Assembly: GCF_029504745.1 (NCBI RefSeq)
Contig: NZ_JAQFIQ010000070.1
Location: forward strand, 1 to 5,451
DNA from: Breznakia sp. PF5-3
GTDB lineage: Bacteria > Bacillota_I > Bacilli_A > Erysipelotrichales > Erysipelotrichaceae
Length of the DNA: 5,451 nt
Reading direction: 5' to 3'
In this document: positions 3,616 through 5,451 of the stretch, one piece after another
Layout of the letters: every line of letters begins with the position of its first letter
Position numbering within the stretch: the first letter of the stretch is position 1
Notes under the pieces: generated by a model
Database searches by the model: none
The model's input: only the letters and a program-made list of their open reading frames with translations
Told to the model about the DNA's origin: nothing
Translations under genes and position numbers: made by a program

Positions 3616-5451
3616 TTACTCGTTATCTTCTTTACGTCTTCTTACTACATAGAACATTGATAACAATGCTAATAAACTCATTGCCCACAAGCTCATTATA
3701 TTTGTAGAATCGCCAGTTGATACTCCTTTTGTTGGTGGCGCAACTGAAGGTTTACTTCCAGCTTGTACAGTAACCTTGATAACTTTTACATATTCTTCAC
3801 CCTCATGAGTGACACTTAGCATTAAGTCAAATTTTCCACCTTTAATGTCTGTTTTATTGATACTTGTTAAGTGTGGTTTATGTACTACGATATCTTTTGT
3901 TGTTGGAATCGCAGCTCTACTTCTTGTATCTACAGTAATTTCAGGTTTTGCTAATTTTAATACTGTTTCTTCGTCTAATGCTTTCGCTTCTTTGTTTGTG
4001 ATTGTGAAATCACTTGCATCAATAACTAATTTTGTTTTCGTAACCGTTGCATCTACTGTAACCTTTGTTTTAGGTTCTGCTGCAACTCTGAAAGTTGCAT
4101 AATAGAATCCTTCTTTACCAATGATTGTGTGTGATTCAACTTCTACTTTTGCACTAGAGAAATCAACTCTAGCCCATGCTTCTGCATCTGCTAATGTTAT
4201 CAACATTTCATCTGTAAGTGCTGATGCTGTCGATGAGTCCATCTTCACATTGTTTGCACCAATGTAATATTTATCACCCTTGATGATCACATCTTTGTTA
4301 ACAACTTTAATATTAACTGTAACTTTCGTTGTTGGTTCTTCATCTACATAGAATGTAGCTTTATAGTTACCTTCTGCTGCTTTGAATGTTGTTGTTTCCA
4401 ACTTCACTGTTCCAGCACTCATATCTTTCGTTTTGATTGCTTCTGCATTTGTTAATCTAATAAGGTCTTCATTGCTTGTCATAGCTTGTGCATCTGCTAA
4501 TGTCATTACTAGATTACTAGCTACTAATACATATTCATCACCTTGGTCAATAATATCACCATCGATTACTCTTGCAGTTGGTTCAACTTTATCTTTTGCA
4601 GATGTTGCACCTTTCACTGAAATTGTCGTTTTATAAGTTCCTACTTCAGCTTTATAACCACCGTTGTCTCTTACTTCTAAATTTGCTTTTGGAACAGCAA
4701 TTCCTGTTTCTTTAACCCAAGCTTGTGCTTCTGATTTTTCTAGAATCTCTGCATCTGTTCCTTTTGCATCTTTTTTCAAGATTACATAGTTATTTGCTTT
4801 GAATAAGTAGTCTTCTCCAACAATGATATCTCCTACCGCTACAATTCTTGTCTTACTTACCGTATTGTAATCTTTGTCAGTAACTGTGTAAACGATTGGG
4901 TATACACCTTCTACATCTACATTTACAGTTCCTGTTGATTTTACTTTACTAGTAAGATCTCCATCTTCATCATCTGTTGCATTTACTCCATATGTATAGT
5001 CATATTTTCCACCTAATGGAATATTAATATAAGTTGGATCAACAGTTAATTCTGGTGCACTTCCTGTTACAACCGTTACATTGATTTCAACCTTTGTTGT
5101 TGGTTCTTCCGCTACATAAAGTGTTACTTTATATACGCCAGGTTCTGAATCAACTGTGTATGGTTTTTCAATTGCCACTGTTGCTGCACTCATATCTTCA
5201 CGTTTGAATGCTTTTGCTTTCGCTCTACTAATCAAATCTTCATCTGTCAATGCTTCCGCTTGACTTCTTGTCAATTGTACATGTTTCGCTACAATTGTGT
5301 ATTCATCACCATGATCGATAACATCTCCATCTAATACTTGAATGCTATTTTCCACATTTGTCGTTGCTTCTTCATCTACATAGAATGTTGCGTTGAATTT
5401 TCCTTCTTCCGCTTTGTATGTAGTCTTACTTGCATCTACCTTAACTTTTCC
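3616..5451 (-). CDS. Repeat-built surface protein, C-terminal 611 codons; 5' end lies beyond the right window edge
   Basis: The ORF-track M at 5353-5355 is GTG (cac on +). The same frame reads GKVKVDASKTTYKAEEGKFNATFYVDEEATTNV upstream with no stop to 5451. That stretch is the tail of another copy of the internal repeat (compare FYVDEEPTTKVTVNIKVV). TAA at 3616-3618. The C-terminus is VSTGDSTN + hydrophobic helix + RRRKEDNE. Confidence 0.9.
   Translation of the reverse strand, partial: GKVKVDASKTTYKAEEGKFNATFYVDEEATTNVENSIQVLDGDVIDHGDEYTIVAKHVQLTRSQAEALTDEDLISRAKAKAFKREDMSAATVAIEKPYTVDSEPGVYKVTLYVAEEPTTKVEINVTVVTGSAPELTVDPTYINIPLGGKYDYTYGVNATDDEDGDLTSKVKSTGTVNVDVEGVYPIVYTVTDKDYNTVSKTRIVAVGDIIVGEDYLFKANNYVILKKDAKGTDAEILEKSEAQAWVKETGIAVPKANLEVRDNGGYKAEVGTYKTTISVKGATSAKDKVEPTARVIDGDIIDQGDEYVLVASNLVMTLADAQAMTSNEDLIRLTNAEAIKTKDMSAGTVKLETTTFKAAEGNYKATFYVDEEPTTKVTVNIKVVNKDVIIKGDKYYIGANNVKMDSSTASALTDEMLITLADAEAWARVDFSSAKVEVESHTIIGKEGFYYATFRVAAEPKTKVTVDATVTKTKLVIDASDFTITNKEAKALDEETVLKLAKPEITVDTRSRAAIPTTKDIVVHKPHLTSINKTDIKGGKFDLMLSVTHEGEEYVKVIKVTVQAGSKPSVAPPTKGVSTGDSTNIMSLWAMSLLALLSMFYVVRRRKEDNE
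3619..3726 (-). other. C-terminal sorting-signal-like region (track aa 544-579): GVSTGDSTN + hydrophobic helix + RRRKEDNE
   Basis: Translation is PPTKGVSTGDSTNIMSLWAMSLLALLSMFYVVRRRKEDNE*. Layout and charged tail are typical of sortase substrates, but the pentapeptide is non-canonical. Confidence 0.55.
3763..5451 (-). repeat. Protein-level tandem array of a ~88-aa unit (5 full copies and 1 partial copy), interrupted once by an Ig-like domain
   Basis: Approximate unit boundaries (+/- a few codons): 5335-5451 (partial), 5068-5334, 4564-4833, 4300-4563, 4039-4299, 3763-4038 (degenerate). The recurrent pattern is I..GDeY.i.A.N..l....A.A(L/M)T.E.LI.l..AEA.......A.V.vE......eG.Y.ATF.V..EP.TKVTV...V. 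DNA-level identity between units is low, for example gttggttcttcatctacatagaatgt at 4331 versus gttgcttcttcatctacatagaatgt at 5363. Confidence 0.8.
4834..5061 (-). other. Bacterial Ig-like domain resembling DUF5011 (track aa 99-174)
   Basis: SAPELTVDPTYINIPLGGKYDYTYGVNATDDEDGDLTSKVKSTGTVNVDVEGVYPIVYTVTDKDYNTVSKTRIVAV fits the remembered pattern P.i.....i..G..yd...Gv.A.D..DGDLT..V...G.Vd....G.Y.i.Y.VtD..gN.....R.V.V. Confidence 0.6.

Noticed and set aside
3809-4636. 97-aa (3809-4102) and 84-aa (4382-4636) + strand ORFs
   Set aside because: Both are antisense shadow frames of the repeat-protein gene. Their apparent hydrophobicity comes from complementing Thr/Lys/Glu/Val-rich codons. Neither has a start context.
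5353-5355. Start codon of the 579-aa track ORF
   Set aside because: The codon is GTG inside a repeat unit. The frame is open for 32 more codons to the window edge, and those codons align to the repeat consensus. No SD precedes it, and a surface protein starting here would lack a signal peptide.

Overview
AT-rich window (about one-third G+C by eye, not computed) with low-GC Firmicutes-like coding style; the taxon cannot be determined from this sequence. All credible coding is on the minus strand. Reading right to left there are four genes. (1) The C-terminal 611 codons of a large repeat-built surface protein (3616..5451). The ORF-track start at 5355 is an in-frame GTG, and the frame stays open to the window edge. 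(2) A 151-aa lipoprotein (3079..3534). (3) A 769-aa secreted multidomain surface protein with a DUF6273-like domain and two Listeria-Bacteroides (Flg_new) repeats (392..2701). (4) The first 45 codons of an unassigned gene (1..137) that is not on the ORF track. The three complete 3' ends each have their own hairpin/T-tract terminator. I found no rRNA, tRNA, CRISPR array, transposase, integrase, or enzymatic or defence-type machinery. I cannot honestly name a new system here; this looks like an accessory surface-protein islet. Points worth a second look: (a) the 769-aa gene is bracketed by ~95%-identical direct copies of a 95-nt terminator-promoter-RBS module, suggesting single-gene cassette gain by recombination; (b) one copy carries a 68-nt insertion bounded by a 12-nt duplication; (c) both big proteins end in the same non-LPXTG sorting-signal-like motif, V-x-T-[G/A]-D-[S/T]-[T/A]-N plus TM helix plus Arg/Lys tail; (d) an A8 tract lies just upstream of the 769-aa protein's anchor, and a slip in either direction removes the anchor; (e) an unassigned ~88-aa tandem domain builds the partial protein; (f) a perfect -35 hexamer is embedded in a terminator stem. 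Domain-family names are from memory of family signatures, not from searches.
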